This document shows, piece by piece, positions 54,538 through 64,000 of a DNA stretch of 64,000 bases (position 1 is the first letter of the stretch; each line of letters opens with the position of its first letter). The translations under genes and the position numbers were made by a program. The notes under the pieces are model-generated. The model was not told where the DNA came from. It worked only from the letters and a program-made list of their open reading frames with translations, and ran no database searches. The DNA lies in IMG/VR virus record IMGVR_UViG_3300037851_000284, positions 128,001-192,000 of that record, one strand, 5' to 3'. Origin of the DNA: a virus (lineage: Duplodnaviria > Caudoviricetes).

Positions 54538-55788
54538 TTACGATATAAATATTCGTCTTTTTGGTAGCAATCGACCAGGAGCAGTATAAATACCACTTAC
54601 TCTATTAGGAGCAGTATAAATACCACTTACTCTATTAGGAGCAGTATAACCCATACTCTCCCAATAAAAACCAGCAAATTTACCACCAGCAGTTAAATAA
54701 GTTATATATACTCCAGTATGGCTAACTTCGGCTCCAGTTGCAGATGCTTCTCCGTATGATACAAAATTTATATTACGTGCGCTATGCTCATAATTACATC
54801 CGGTATAAATATTATTAGACCCAGTTGTAAAATTGATAATTTTAGTAGAATGAGAGAATACTGTGTTGACTAAGACTTCGTGACTTCCTAAGGAAAACAA
54901 TAAATTTATTTTTGTATGACTATAATTAGCACCTATAGATACAGTACTAGTTTTTGGAACAAATTCAAAAAATTTAGTATTATGCGAATAACTTACTCCG
55001 ATATCCGCCGTGTGTGTTTTAGTAGAAAAATTAATTATTTTAGTATCGTGAGAATAATTAATTCCTGTACTAATAGTATGTGTTTTAGTAGAAAAATTAA
55101 TAAAATTAGTTTCAGGAGATACACTAGCGCCTATAGATACAGTACTATTATTGCTAACAAAATTATAAAAAGTTACTAATCCAGTGTAATTAACTCCTGC
55201 TGGAGCCACTCCAGACTCTATTCCTGAATTATTAGCTCCCTCCCAAATACATGTAGAATCAGCGTATACTGTTCCTCCTATAAAATTAATATCTCTAAAA
55301 TTACAATAAGATACATATACGTTGCCGATTAGAGAAATATTTATATTGACCTGTATTCCAGAAGTATCACTATAAAACATAGCGAGACCACTAGAAACCC
55401 CATTCCACTCTCCAGAATTATATGAATCTATATACCAATACTTAGTAGTAGAAAACTCGTTTTCTGCTCCAGAAAAGTTTATTATACCAGAAATATGTTC
55501 AGTTTCTAGAACATCAGCATAACTATTTTCTGGAGTAAAATTTATATATTGCGATTGATGAAGAACATTGGAGCCAGTACAAATTTGGTGGGTTCTACTT
55601 AAAAAATAAACATAAGTAGTAGTTTGTGTAAAATTACTTCCTGTGGAAGCAGAGTGTGCTTTTGAATTGAAATTTAGATAATGAACTATTCCAGTATAAT
55701 TAACGCCAGAACCAGTAGCAGCATTAGTATTTTGCCATGCTCCTTGTTCGAGAGGCTGCCATGCTCCTTGTGATAAGCAATTAGCCAT
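54538..55788 (-). CDS. Repeat-rich beta-structured virion protein (416 aa)
   Basis: About 22-aa repeats (NFSTKTHTISTGINYSHDTKII type) and C-terminal YTAPNRVSGI repeats. Confidence 0.55.
   Translation of the reverse strand: MANCLSQGAWQPLEQGAWQNTNAATGSGVNYTGIVHYLNFNSKAHSASTGSNFTQTTTYVYFLSRTHQICTGSNVLHQSQYINFTPENSYADVLETEHISGIINFSGAENEFSTTKYWYIDSYNSGEWNGVSSGLAMFYSDTSGIQVNINISLIGNVYVSYCNFRDINFIGGTVYADSTCIWEGANNSGIESGVAPAGVNYTGLVTFYNFVSNNSTVSIGASVSPETNFINFSTKTHTISTGINYSHDTKIINFSTKTHTADIGVSYSHNTKFFEFVPKTSTVSIGANYSHTKINLLFSLGSHEVLVNTVFSHSTKIINFTTGSNNIYTGCNYEHSARNINFVSYGEASATGAEVSHTGVYITYLTAGGKFAGFYWESMGYTAPNRVSGIYTAPNRVSGIYTAPGRLLPKRRIFIS
54577..54649. repeat. 30-bp perfect tandem repeat, about 2.4 copies
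   Basis: aggagcagtataaataccacttactctatt x2 plus aggagcagtataa; encodes YTAPNRVSGI. Confidence 0.9.
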
Positions 55789-56801
55789 TAACCTACTCCT
55801 AAGGCTATACTCATTCCATTATCTATACAAGGAGAACTTGTAGAAAGAGATAAATTACCTGACGAAGAAAATAGAGGGTCTCCAGAAGAATTTAGGTAAT
55901 CTTTAAATATAGTTGTTGTTTCAACTCCGCTCCACATAACAGTATTTCGAATATTATCTCCATGATTTTTCCAATAGAAATTGTTATCTGTTTTAGTTGT
56001 AAAATAAAAACCAGAATCACACGCATCAACGACGTTATTTATAAAAATCCAAGTATTATCTGTTGTTCCATTAACTGCATATCCGCAAGATAAGAATGTG
56101 TTATTCATGACAAGACCGAGGTTATCAGCGGTAGTATTAATAGCTTGATAACAATTATTAAAAGAAGAAAATAATATTTGGTCGCTTGCTGAACACTTTA
56201 TAGCGATTGATGTAGTATGTACACAGTCATGAAAATAACAAAAAATAATTCTACAAGTGGATCCGATAGACACACCACAATTGAAAAATGCAGAAAATTC
56301 ACAATTTATAGCTGAACAGTAGTTACCCAAATTTAAAACGTATCTGCCAGCATTAGTAGTATTATCTTGGTCGAATTTACAATTCTCAAATAAACAGTTG
56401 GTTCCTGCACCAACAACATTAGCAGCGGAACCTTGAAAATATATATTTCTAACTAAATAATAATCTCCTAAAGTAATTGAAAACGTAACACAATCAAAAA
56501 ATGGTCGATCTCCAGCACTTGTTGCCCAATCAGAATAAGTTATATTACCACTAACATTTGTTGTATTCCCTTTAACTCCGATAATAGAAATAGGCGCTAG
56601 CGCACCGGCATCTCTAGCTGAACAATCATAAGAACTATCCAAAGTATAAGTACCGCTGGCAACAAAATAGACATAACCAGCATTACCGCTACTTTCAATA
56701 TGGGATTCGAAATCAGCTTCGCTAAAAGCATTAGTCCAATCAAGACCAGTACGAGTTCCAGCCCCCGAAGGAGTAACATGAAAATATCCTGAAATAGCCA
56801 T
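55788..56801 (-). CDS. Right-handed beta-helix protein (337 aa)
   Basis: YFHVTPSGAGTRTGLDWTNAF start, NCKF/NCEF/NNTF ladders, and a GDPLF...L...SPCIDNG end. Confidence 0.7.
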   Translation of the reverse strand: MAISGYFHVTPSGAGTRTGLDWTNAFSEADFESHIESSGNAGYVYFVASGTYTLDSSYDCSARDAGALAPISIIGVKGNTTNVSGNITYSDWATSAGDRPFFDCVTFSITLGDYYLVRNIYFQGSAANVVGAGTNCLFENCKFDQDNTTNAGRYVLNLGNYCSAINCEFSAFFNCGVSIGSTCRIIFCYFHDCVHTTSIAIKCSASDQILFSSFNNCYQAINTTADNLGLVMNNTFLSCGYAVNGTTDNTWIFINNVVDACDSGFYFTTKTDNNFYWKNHGDNIRNTVMWSGVETTTIFKDYLNSSGDPLFSSSGNLSLSTSSPCIDNGMSIALGVG

Positions 56802-56814
56802 ATTAAGTCCTTAA

Positions 56815-57246
56815 TTAGGCTTGACGGCTTCTGAATAAACCACTACTATCTATAGTTATTTTAAAATCAGTTCCTGTATTAGCTGTTTTATCTGTAGTAA
56901 AATCAATTATATAAATATATTTATTAACTCCAGACAGAGTATCAACAAAAGCACAATATCTAGCAGGACCAATATTTCCTCCAGACGCAGTCCATGTGAT
57001 ATCTCCGCAATCATAGATTGTATGATTATTTACCGCATCTAAGGATACTGTTTTATCAGTAACAGACTTATTTAGTTGCGTATAACCATAAGCAGTTGAT
57101 AATTCGTTAGTTGAACTATAATTTTCAGAAGTAGCTGAAAAACTAGCACTAGAATTATATAAACAAGCCACTACGGTATTATTAGTCCAGTCCAAGAATC
57201 CAGACCCTAATCTTAATTGAGCGCTATTAGTTATAATATCTGCCAT
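56815..57246 (-). CDS. Small tail-fibre base/adaptor-type protein (143 aa)
   Basis: NELST..GYT...V...N..IYDC.DITWTASGG.I..A motif; paralog of 5042..5455. Confidence 0.55.
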   Translation of the reverse strand: MADIITNSAQLRLGSGFLDWTNNTVVACLYNSSASFSATSENYSSTNELSTAYGYTQLNKSVTDKTVSLDAVNNHTIYDCGDITWTASGGNIGPARYCAFVDTLSGVNKYIYIIDFTTDKTANTGTDFKITIDSSGLFRSRQA

Positions 57247-57258
57247 AAAATTTTTTCC

Positions 57259-58515
57259 TTATCTCCATTTTAATTTACCCCTATTTTTGATTCTAGGTGT
57301 ATTGTTATGTCCATTTAATTTAACTATACAGGTATAACCTTGAGTAGTTAGAATTATTGAATTGTTGTTTCCAACAATTTTAGAATTAGTATCGTATATT
57401 ACAGAATCTCTTACATATATAGTATCATTAAATCTAACTGTGTCGGTTGACGATACTCTTATCCAAGTACAATTTATAGAACCGGATTGAGTATAGCTAT
57501 TAGATATTGTTATATTCGTAATATTAGAATCTATTCCATTCCAGCCTTTTAATCTTGCCGCCATTACCCATAATGCTTTACCTAGTCTTAAACAACCTGC
57601 TTCTGATATATGACAGTCGCCATTTCCACCATCATAAGTTCCTTTATTATCAGAATGAATAGTAGGATAGGTATGCTTTGTTCCATTGTGGTCCGTCCAA
57701 CCGTCAGAATCTATATATTGTGACCCAGAATTATTATAGGATAATATATCACAATAATCAAAAAGGTGTCTATTATTTGAATCTGCAGCAACATAAGCTT
57801 TTATATACTGATGTTTTAAGTACCTTTGATATCCATTTTCATCATCAGTATGATTATCTGCTGGTCCCGTAGTAAATACTACCTTTGTTGTAGGATGAGA
57901 CGTCCTATAATTTTCTGTAGCGTCTAGATAACTTTGCATACATATAGAATTATTAGTTAATAAAGAATCTGCGCTGTTTAATCCCCAGATTAAATCTCCT
58001 TGAGGTCCGCCTTCTGAAGACCCAGCCCATCTAACCCAGTTCACAGAATCTATTATTCCGCCAGGGTTATTATGCCAAGTCATGTCCCAACACCAACCAA
58101 ACATAAATACGTCTATGTTATTAGTGCTATCCATTTTTGATAAATGATTATTCATTACTGCAATGGCGCTAGAATTTGTATACCAGTCCTCTTCTCCTCC
58201 TGTAGCAGTCCATCCTGTACCATTCCAAAAGGTTCTTACTCCACGAACATATTGATTAGTGTTAATTATCGGTTCTCCTGTCCAGACAATACTATCTTTA
58301 TATTTAGAATCTAAATCATACATTAACGATAATCCATACATATACCCTCGTCCATGAGATTCTCCTGGTATATTAATCATCATAGTTTTTACGCTATCAA
58401 TATATCTATCAGGAATTTTATTATAAGTACTAACTGAACTGTGGTCGATAGTAAAGCTAAAACTTAGAATTACTAAAGATAATATTAATATGAAGTTTTT
58501 AATACATTTTATCAT
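57259..58515 (-). CDS. SGNH-hydrolase-like protein with an N-terminal signal-peptide-like segment (418 aa)
   Basis: MIKCIKNFILILSLVILSFSF leader, GESHG (block I-like) and GDCHISEAG..LGKALW (block V-like). Confidence 0.5.
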   Translation of the reverse strand: MIKCIKNFILILSLVILSFSFTIDHSSVSTYNKIPDRYIDSVKTMMINIPGESHGRGYMYGLSLMYDLDSKYKDSIVWTGEPIINTNQYVRGVRTFWNGTGWTATGGEEDWYTNSSAIAVMNNHLSKMDSTNNIDVFMFGWCWDMTWHNNPGGIIDSVNWVRWAGSSEGGPQGDLIWGLNSADSLLTNNSICMQSYLDATENYRTSHPTTKVVFTTGPADNHTDDENGYQRYLKHQYIKAYVAADSNNRHLFDYCDILSYNNSGSQYIDSDGWTDHNGTKHTYPTIHSDNKGTYDGGNGDCHISEAGCLRLGKALWVMAARLKGWNGIDSNITNITISNSYTQSGSINCTWIRVSSTDTVRFNDTIYVRDSVIYDTNSKIVGNNNSIILTTQGYTCIVKLNGHNNTPRIKNRGKLKWR

Positions 58516-59120
58516 AATACTGTTTCTTCAGTTAAATTAATATATTGAGAAATATCTCCAGAACTGGTTGATATATTTCCAGTAAAGAACACTTGAATAG
58601 TAGAACCAGAAATGTTAGGAGTTTGATTTTTTGGTATAGTTTTATAAACTTTAAATTCTGTTATATCATCTTCTTCAAAATCTCGAATACCGGAAAGTAC
58701 TACAGAATATACTCCTGTAGCAATTCCGCTGGGAGCACCAGCCACTCCAGAAGCATCATAATATCCAGTACCAGTGATAAAATTATAACTATAAGTTTCT
58801 AGAACCTCTGATTTATCTTTGGCTATTACGCTGTTAGGCGTCGAATAGACATACACTGTATATTCAGTATTAGGTAGGAAATATATAGTTGGTACGAACA
58901 TCATTCCAGACGTAACACCACTTAAGTTTACGCCCGATGCCCAAATTGGAGCTAAAGACCCGACTACACTTGAGAAACTATAGCTATCATTAACACTCAT
59001 TACATCCCATTTTACGGATGTTGGTTCTATTGGCTGGTTAAAATAAACTTTAACTTTCTCATTACGAAATACGCCGCTCTGATAAATTGTTGGCGTGTGT
59101 GATATTACTCTTAAGCTCAT
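58512..59120 (-). CDS. Ig-like (Big_5-type) domain protein ending in half of a second Ig domain (202 aa)
   Basis: VISHTP...V.VYFNQPIEP...FVPT..FLPNTEYTV...YSYNFITG, then a second start FKVYKTIP...IQVFFTGNI that is truncated. Confidence 0.65.
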   Translation of the reverse strand: MSLRVISHTPTIYQSGVFRNEKVKVYFNQPIEPTSVKWDVMSVNDSYSFSSVVGSLAPIWASGVNLSGVTSGMMFVPTIYFLPNTEYTVYVYSTPNSVIAKDKSEVLETYSYNFITGTGYYDASGVAGAPSGIATGVYSVVLSGIRDFEEDDITEFKVYKTIPKNQTPNISGSTIQVFFTGNISTSSGDISQYINLTEETVL

Positions 59121-59127
59121 TATGGTC

Positions 59128-60909
59128 CTATCTATAAACTTTTAATATTATAAATAAATTATCGTCTTGTCTATCAGTGTGACGTCTTGGGTGAGCTATA
59201 GCTCCTCCAAAGTTTATACCGTAGTTATTACCTCTATCAACGCTTGTACCGTCAGAAGCATCTATTTCGACACCTAAATTATTAATATCTTTATAATCAG
59301 TATATCTAGTAATAGTATTAATTGGAGCATAGAATGTGGTCTGGAATCCATCTGAACTAGACCTAAATAATATCTGACTACTAAGTCCGCCACCCCACCA
59401 ATCTTGAGCAGTATAAGTATTAAACCTATACGTCTTACCTGCCTCAAAAGTTTGAGTAGTATTTCCGCCAATAGTTAGTCTAGATAATGTTCCGCTTCCA
59501 ACCCAGGTTCCATTGTTATATATTTTAGTATAAGGAAAGTCTCGGCCATTAGTCGTAATAGTATGAGTCTGTCCACTTAAATTTAAAGTCATTCCAGAAT
59601 TATTAAGAGTAACTCCAGAACCAAAGGTTAAGTCTTTACCAATAGTATAAATACCGGAAGAACTAAACCTACCTGAGGTAGTTATATAACACCCAGAAGT
59701 TATAGATATATCTAGCCCAGAACTATTAACCGAAGACCCATTATATATACCAAGATTTCCAGATATAACAGGAGTATCTACAAAGAATCCGGTGGCTAAG
59801 GGCGAATTACCAGAGAAATTAAGATCAGCAAACGCTTTATTAGAGCTGGTAATATTAACATTAGCAGTCGGATTAATATTAACCCTACTAGAACCTGCGT
59901 TTACCGTATGATTGCTCCCGAAAGCCCAGTTGCCAGTGCATGTCCATTGAGAGGTTTGGAGATTAATGGTCTGAGTAGCTGATGCGCTATTATGCGTCGC
60001 GTCAAGCAACGTAATAGACACAACAGAAGAACCATACGATGCGGTAAACGACGATGTATTAGTAGACGACCCGTGTCTGTATGTGCCTGCTGTGATGTTG
60101 TAATTATTCGTGTTCAAGACAGTCGCAGAACCAGTAACGTTCCCAGCGTAAAAATATAAACTCGATGTGCCATGATTAATGTTTCCCGAAAGGGAGTACG
60201 TGACTGGCATGTTATTGCTGGCAGTGTAGTAAGAAAAACTCCCAGTACCGGAATAGGTATACGCGGGAATTGTTATAGTAATCCCACCTCCAACATTCGG
60301 ATATATTGGCATGTTAGCGGAACCGTTCCACGTCACTCCCGTACCAACAGAAAAAATTGTCATCGACCCTGTCGGTATAAAAGAAACAGCCCTATTAACA
60401 GTAAATGTGCTGTTATTACCGAGCGTCAAGAGCGTTGCCGTGCCTGTTAATGCTGAACCGGCAGCCCCATTGCTTGTGACCGTGCCATTAATCGTCCAAC
60501 TTTTAAAAGTACCGCCCTTATCATCATCCATTGTTATAGTATCTGTACTCGCGTCTCCAAGGGTAATGGCACAGCTTGATGCAGTAACTGTTCCCAATGT
60601 ACTTCCAAGATGCAATGTTGTTCCGAAACCACGAATAATAATACCAGAGCCATAGTTCCTATTTCCAGTACCATCATCCATAAAATTACCATTAATATAA
60701 AAAGCGTAGCCAGTGGCTGTAATAGCGCCAGCGTAAGTTCCTGAAACTATTAGTCCAGAACAATCTACATTTTGATCGACTATACAATTATATGCGTTGC
60801 CGGAGAACATAGCAGTCTCGTCGCCTGTCGGAACGTGACTAAGGCTCCAGTTACTCGCTATACTAAACCAACTACCCGAAGTTGCTACCCAGTTATTGTT
60901 AGTGGCCAT
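59128..60909 (-). CDS. Beta-helix/adhesin-like virion protein (593 aa)
   Basis: NNWVA.SG.W....NWS...VP.G.....FSG start typical of beta-helix adhesin-like proteins; T/G/S/N-rich. Confidence 0.6.
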   Translation of the reverse strand: MATNNNWVATSGSWFSIASNWSLSHVPTGDETAMFSGNAYNCIVDQNVDCSGLIVSGTYAGAITATGYAFYINGNFMDDGTGNRNYGSGIIIRGFGTTLHLGSTLGTVTASSCAITLGDASTDTITMDDDKGGTFKSWTINGTVTSNGAAGSALTGTATLLTLGNNSTFTVNRAVSFIPTGSMTIFSVGTGVTWNGSANMPIYPNVGGGITITIPAYTYSGTGSFSYYTASNNMPVTYSLSGNINHGTSSLYFYAGNVTGSATVLNTNNYNITAGTYRHGSSTNTSSFTASYGSSVVSITLLDATHNSASATQTINLQTSQWTCTGNWAFGSNHTVNAGSSRVNINPTANVNITSSNKAFADLNFSGNSPLATGFFVDTPVISGNLGIYNGSSVNSSGLDISITSGCYITTSGRFSSSGIYTIGKDLTFGSGVTLNNSGMTLNLSGQTHTITTNGRDFPYTKIYNNGTWVGSGTLSRLTIGGNTTQTFEAGKTYRFNTYTAQDWWGGGLSSQILFRSSSDGFQTTFYAPINTITRYTDYKDINNLGVEIDASDGTSVDRGNNYGINFGGAIAHPRRHTDRQDDNLFIILKVYR

Positions 60910-60925
60910 TTATTACCTTTAAAAA

Positions 60926-61630
60926 TTAATCTTCGTTTCTTCTTATAGAACTAAGTCCAGGACCAAATTCCCTTAATTTTCTCTTAATAAGATCTAGAAC
61001 TTCCAACCTTGGTCTATTTAAAGGGTTATAACCCTTCTGTTCATAGTCATATAAATCTATAAGGTTCTTCTTAGATGCTTCGCTCATAGGAGAACCTAAT
61101 ATAAATTCTTTTAGCTTGGAAAAATTAAGGCCTTGTAGTTTCTTGAACATTTCCTTGTTCTTACCAACAAATATTCTATCTCCACTTACATCGTTCTTAA
61201 AATCGCTATCGTTAGTTGCTTTAGGAACGAATGTTGAAGGAGGCTTGTTTGGGTCTGCTGCTACTAGAATACCATATTTATAGGCGGTCAAAATTCCTGA
61301 TAATTTATTGGGGTCTATAGTACTTGTATCTACATACCAAGGCAGGTCGCTATTAACTTTACCGTAGTCTACAAAGTCATTATTCTTATGCTCGTCTAGA
61401 GGCACTTCTGTAGCAAGAGCTCTATATTTGGGCTCGCCCTCTCGATTAAGATATTCTTCTAATTTTATTTCTCTTCCAACAAACTTTTTGCTAATTGAAA
61501 ACAATCTTACACCGGAAGAATTCTCTCCTTGGTCATCAAACCACATTGCGCCTTTTTCCAATCTCAAATATCTTGGTAATTTAAAATCTTTATTAACTTT
61601 CTTCTCTTCTTTAATAATTTTCTTATTCAT
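60926..61630 (-). CDS. Hypothetical protein directly downstream of the capsid gene (234 aa)
   Basis: GGGAG RBS, intact ORF; no motif recognised. Confidence 0.55.
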   Translation of the reverse strand: MNKKIIKEEKKVNKDFKLPRYLRLEKGAMWFDDQGENSSGVRLFSISKKFVGREIKLEEYLNREGEPKYRALATEVPLDEHKNNDFVDYGKVNSDLPWYVDTSTIDPNKLSGILTAYKYGILVAADPNKPPSTFVPKATNDSDFKNDVSGDRIFVGKNKEMFKKLQGLNFSKLKEFILGSPMSEASKKNLIDLYDYEQKGYNPLNRPRLEVLDLIKRKLREFGPGLSSIRRNED

Positions 61631-61670
61631 AAAACTCCCTTTTAGTTTTAAAAATTTCTTTTCTTAATTA

Positions 61671-61706
61671 AAAAGGGCAAGGGCTTTTGAGGCCAACTTG
61701 CCCTTT
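61671..61706 (-). terminator. Rho-independent terminator after the major capsid gene
   Basis: Minus strand AAAGGGCAAG...CTTGCCCTTTTT. Confidence 0.75.
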
Positions 61707-61728
61707 ATTTATGTTCTCAATCCTTAGA

Positions 61729-63057
61729 TTATAGCGAAGGACTTGGAGCTGTATAGCCACTAGGTACTGTATCAGTAGGATAAGTAGATAGCGTCTGACT
61801 GTTAACATTATCGAAGTTGTAATTCTTAGCAATCGATATGTTAATAGCTTTTGCTATAGCTTTACCTTGTTCTAGGCATGCCATTCCATAAGCTTCTCTA
61901 AGTTTTATGTTGAGTATGTCTCTCTCTGGGTCTGTCCATCTGTCTGTTCTTACCTGTTCACTCTGTCCGATTACAGCACAATTGCTGCTATCGCACATGA
62001 TAACGTTAGTAGCACAGCCAGTATCCATTCTCTCGACGCCTCTGGACCCGTATACAAATGGAACCATTGGAGTTACGATTACTTGGATAGGTGATGGTAA
62101 ATAAGAAGGTCTTACATTCCACATTGCCCCAAGAGGATTCAATGTTTGTGTCCAAGCATTTGGTCCTTTAGGTACATTTCCTGCAGTCTCTTCTTTTCCA
62201 GTTCCGCCTGTTCTTAGACCATATCCACCAAAACCTGTGCCCCAATTAGGAGCCATTTTTCCACCCTGAACTTGGGCTATAGTAGATGCTGATAGAACTA
62301 CTTCTCTCATCTCTGTGTCTGTGGCAAAAATTTTCCAAGCAAGAGGATGTAGAAGCATAGTGTCTGGAGAGAAACCTCTATTTAATAGATACGCATAGAG
62401 TTCAAATACGTCGTCTACAGTCATAGAACCATTGCTGGACCCAGCTATATTTCGACCGGTAGTTGCTCCTGCATATGCCGAAGTCGGAGAAGCGTTATCA
62501 AATACTTTGTATCCCATTTCGTTGATAAGTTTCATTCCTATTCGTTCTTTGCAACGTGCCATAGCTTTACCTGCAGCACGTAGCCAAACATTAACTACAT
62601 CAAACTGATTCTGTTGAACCACTTCTTCAGTAAGAGATATTTTAATACCATACTTATCAGTTGTAAGAGCTATCATATCTCCGCTATCTAGGTCCAACAT
62701 TCTTTCCGGATATTCTCCGGCTTGTCCTACTCTTCCAGCTTCCATAGCACCAAGAGCGCCTATTTGAATACGCGATCCTTGTTCAATAGCAATCTGTTGG
62801 AATAGTCTGTCTATGATAAAAAGATTAGGTTCGATTGCTTCTCTTACAACTGTTTCCACAGTCTGAGGAACGAATCTCATTAAATCTTCTTTAGTTACGA
62901 GGTCTTTCAACTCGAACTTTACTATGTCGCCAGTCTTATCATCTAGAAGTCTTCCGCGATTCATGAATGCTTCGTATACATTCGTGTATTTTATGCGGTC
63001 TTCTTTCTTAGGATAATATTCGGCAGCGACTTGGTCTTTAATTGTCATGTAAGGCAT
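61729..63057 (-). CDS. Major capsid protein (HK97 fold, 442 aa)
   Basis: VETVVREAIEP, VGQAGEYPE, KYGIKISLTEEVV..NQFDVV, PDTMLLHP and DILNIKLREAYG motifs; strong RBS (AGGAG); followed by a terminator. Confidence 0.9.
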   Translation of the reverse strand: MPYMTIKDQVAAEYYPKKEDRIKYTNVYEAFMNRGRLLDDKTGDIVKFELKDLVTKEDLMRFVPQTVETVVREAIEPNLFIIDRLFQQIAIEQGSRIQIGALGAMEAGRVGQAGEYPERMLDLDSGDMIALTTDKYGIKISLTEEVVQQNQFDVVNVWLRAAGKAMARCKERIGMKLINEMGYKVFDNASPTSAYAGATTGRNIAGSSNGSMTVDDVFELYAYLLNRGFSPDTMLLHPLAWKIFATDTEMREVVLSASTIAQVQGGKMAPNWGTGFGGYGLRTGGTGKEETAGNVPKGPNAWTQTLNPLGAMWNVRPSYLPSPIQVIVTPMVPFVYGSRGVERMDTGCATNVIMCDSSNCAVIGQSEQVRTDRWTDPERDILNIKLREAYGMACLEQGKAIAKAINISIAKNYNFDNVNSQTLSTYPTDTVPSGYTAPSPSL

Positions 63058-63072
63058 AATTAGTTTTCTCCT

Positions 63073-64000
63073 TTATGATACATGCAACTGGATTCTTGCC
63101 AGTCCGAATACCCCAGAACGAATTCCGTTGTATATTGCTTCAATCGTGGGAGCTGTTCCAGTACCAAGATACAAGGTATAATAAACGAAGTCGAAAAGGT
63201 TCTTTAGCATACCACCAGTTTGGGTACCAGGCATGCCCGATCTTGGGTATGTTAGAACATCATCTAGGTCGTCTTTAGGAAATCTTGAATCTAGAGCAAT
63301 GAGTTTTCCTACTGTTTGAGCAGTTTGAATAGGATTTAGTGTTGAAGTCAAGGAACCAGATACTAGAGCGTTGGATCCTGTATATAATGAAGTCCATACT
63401 CCGGACTGCATAACATAGTTACCTTGAATATCAGATGTTACAAAAGCTCCAGGTCTTACTGTGTAAGCCGAAGAAGAACTGTCAAAAGATAAATAAGTGA
63501 ACTGCTTATTTAGAGTTCTCCACTGTCCCCAAGTATTTACACTTGCGTTAGTCGGAATTCTAAAAGTAGCAGCATCGCCTGTTGATTTATTATCAACAAA
63601 AGGAACTTCTACATACCAGTCAGTAAGGAAATGATATCCTTGTTCGTGCATCTGATAGTTTAAATATCTTCCACGAATATCCTGATAAATGTCTGTGAAA
63701 GCAACACCTATCGGTATATTTCCTGGAAAAGTTACTGATCCACTAGCCGTAGCTGTGGCTCCGCCAACTGCTACAGTCTTAGTTCCAGCTGTAACGTCGT
63801 CTGCGGAATAATACGTTGTAATGTCACCAGATCCACCATTTGCTGGTACTAATAGTCCACAAATATGATCATCATACCCGAAGTATGAAGTATCTAATTT
63901 AGCTTCGATATTTGCACCAGTTCCTGTTCCCATATAGTCTCCAGAATTTCCAATATTTAGGAATCCTGAGTTCTGAGGTATTAATCCAGAAGCCTGCGTC
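63073..64000 (-). CDS. Head decoration/cement-like protein; 5' end probably outside the window
   Basis: The frame of 63073..63933 stays open to 63999 (TQASGLIPQNSGFLNIGNSGDYMG...). GLLVPANGG, PIGVAF.DIYQ and VGKLIALDSRFPK motifs, upstream of the capsid gene. Confidence 0.65.
   Translation of the reverse strand, partial: TQASGLIPQNSGFLNIGNSGDYMGTGTGANIEAKLDTSYFGYDDHICGLLVPANGGSGDITTYYSADDVTAGTKTVAVGGATATASGSVTFPGNIPIGVAFTDIYQDIRGRYLNYQMHEQGYHFLTDWYVEVPFVDNKSTGDAATFRIPTNASVNTWGQWRTLNKQFTYLSFDSSSSAYTVRPGAFVTSDIQGNYVMQSGVWTSLYTGSNALVSGSLTSTLNPIQTAQTVGKLIALDSRFPKDDLDDVLTYPRSGMPGTQTGGMLKNLFDFVYYTLYLGTGTAPTIEAIYNGIRSGVFGLARIQLHVS

Noticed and set aside
54577-54649. CRISPR-like array
   Set aside because: Direct tandem repeats with no spacers, in frame within a CDS.
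700-63278. Short plus-strand ORFs in the track (e.g. 700..975, 9351..9695, 29373..29807, 60311..60655) and minus-strand alternative-frame ORFs 56597..56779 and 59274..59471
   Set aside because: All lie within long coding genes, lack RBSs or recognisable motifs, and read like antisense or shadow frames.
1-64000. tRNA, rRNA, integrase or transposase genes
   Set aside because: The intergenic gaps are too short and no cloverleaf, rRNA or recombinase/DDE motifs were seen.

Overview
64 kb of an AT-rich, large (probably jumbo) contractile-tail phage genome. It is one continuous late/virion gene region, entirely on the minus strand. In transcription order: head decoration protein, major capsid protein, head-side beta-helix/Ig genes, neck genes, tail sheath, tail tube, two tube paralogs, tail chaperones, three giant proteins (2819, 2250 and 2349 aa), spike, wedge, baseplate J, and a long array of tail fibre/receptor-binding genes. 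Main observations: (1) the 2250-aa protein encoded between the tape-measure-like and baseplate-hub genes looks like a single-chain two-barrel RNA polymerase (GGDVDGDQM in a beta-prime-like context, plus beta-like motifs) with an N-terminal DEDDh exonuclease, probably packaged in the virion. (2) The adjacent 2819-aa tape-measure-like protein carries two LAGLIDADG inteins and a PD-(D/E)XK nuclease domain. (3) The tail tube gene is split into three exons by two group I introns, each with a LAGLIDADG endonuclease; intron 1 appears to use a non-canonical G-C pair at its 5' splice site. (4) The receptor-binding array shows a reused C-terminal docking module, pseudogenised modules and GC-rich swapped segments. 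(5) An Ig-like neck domain appears split by a 4-kb cassette. All product calls come from motif recognition by eye; no database searches were run.
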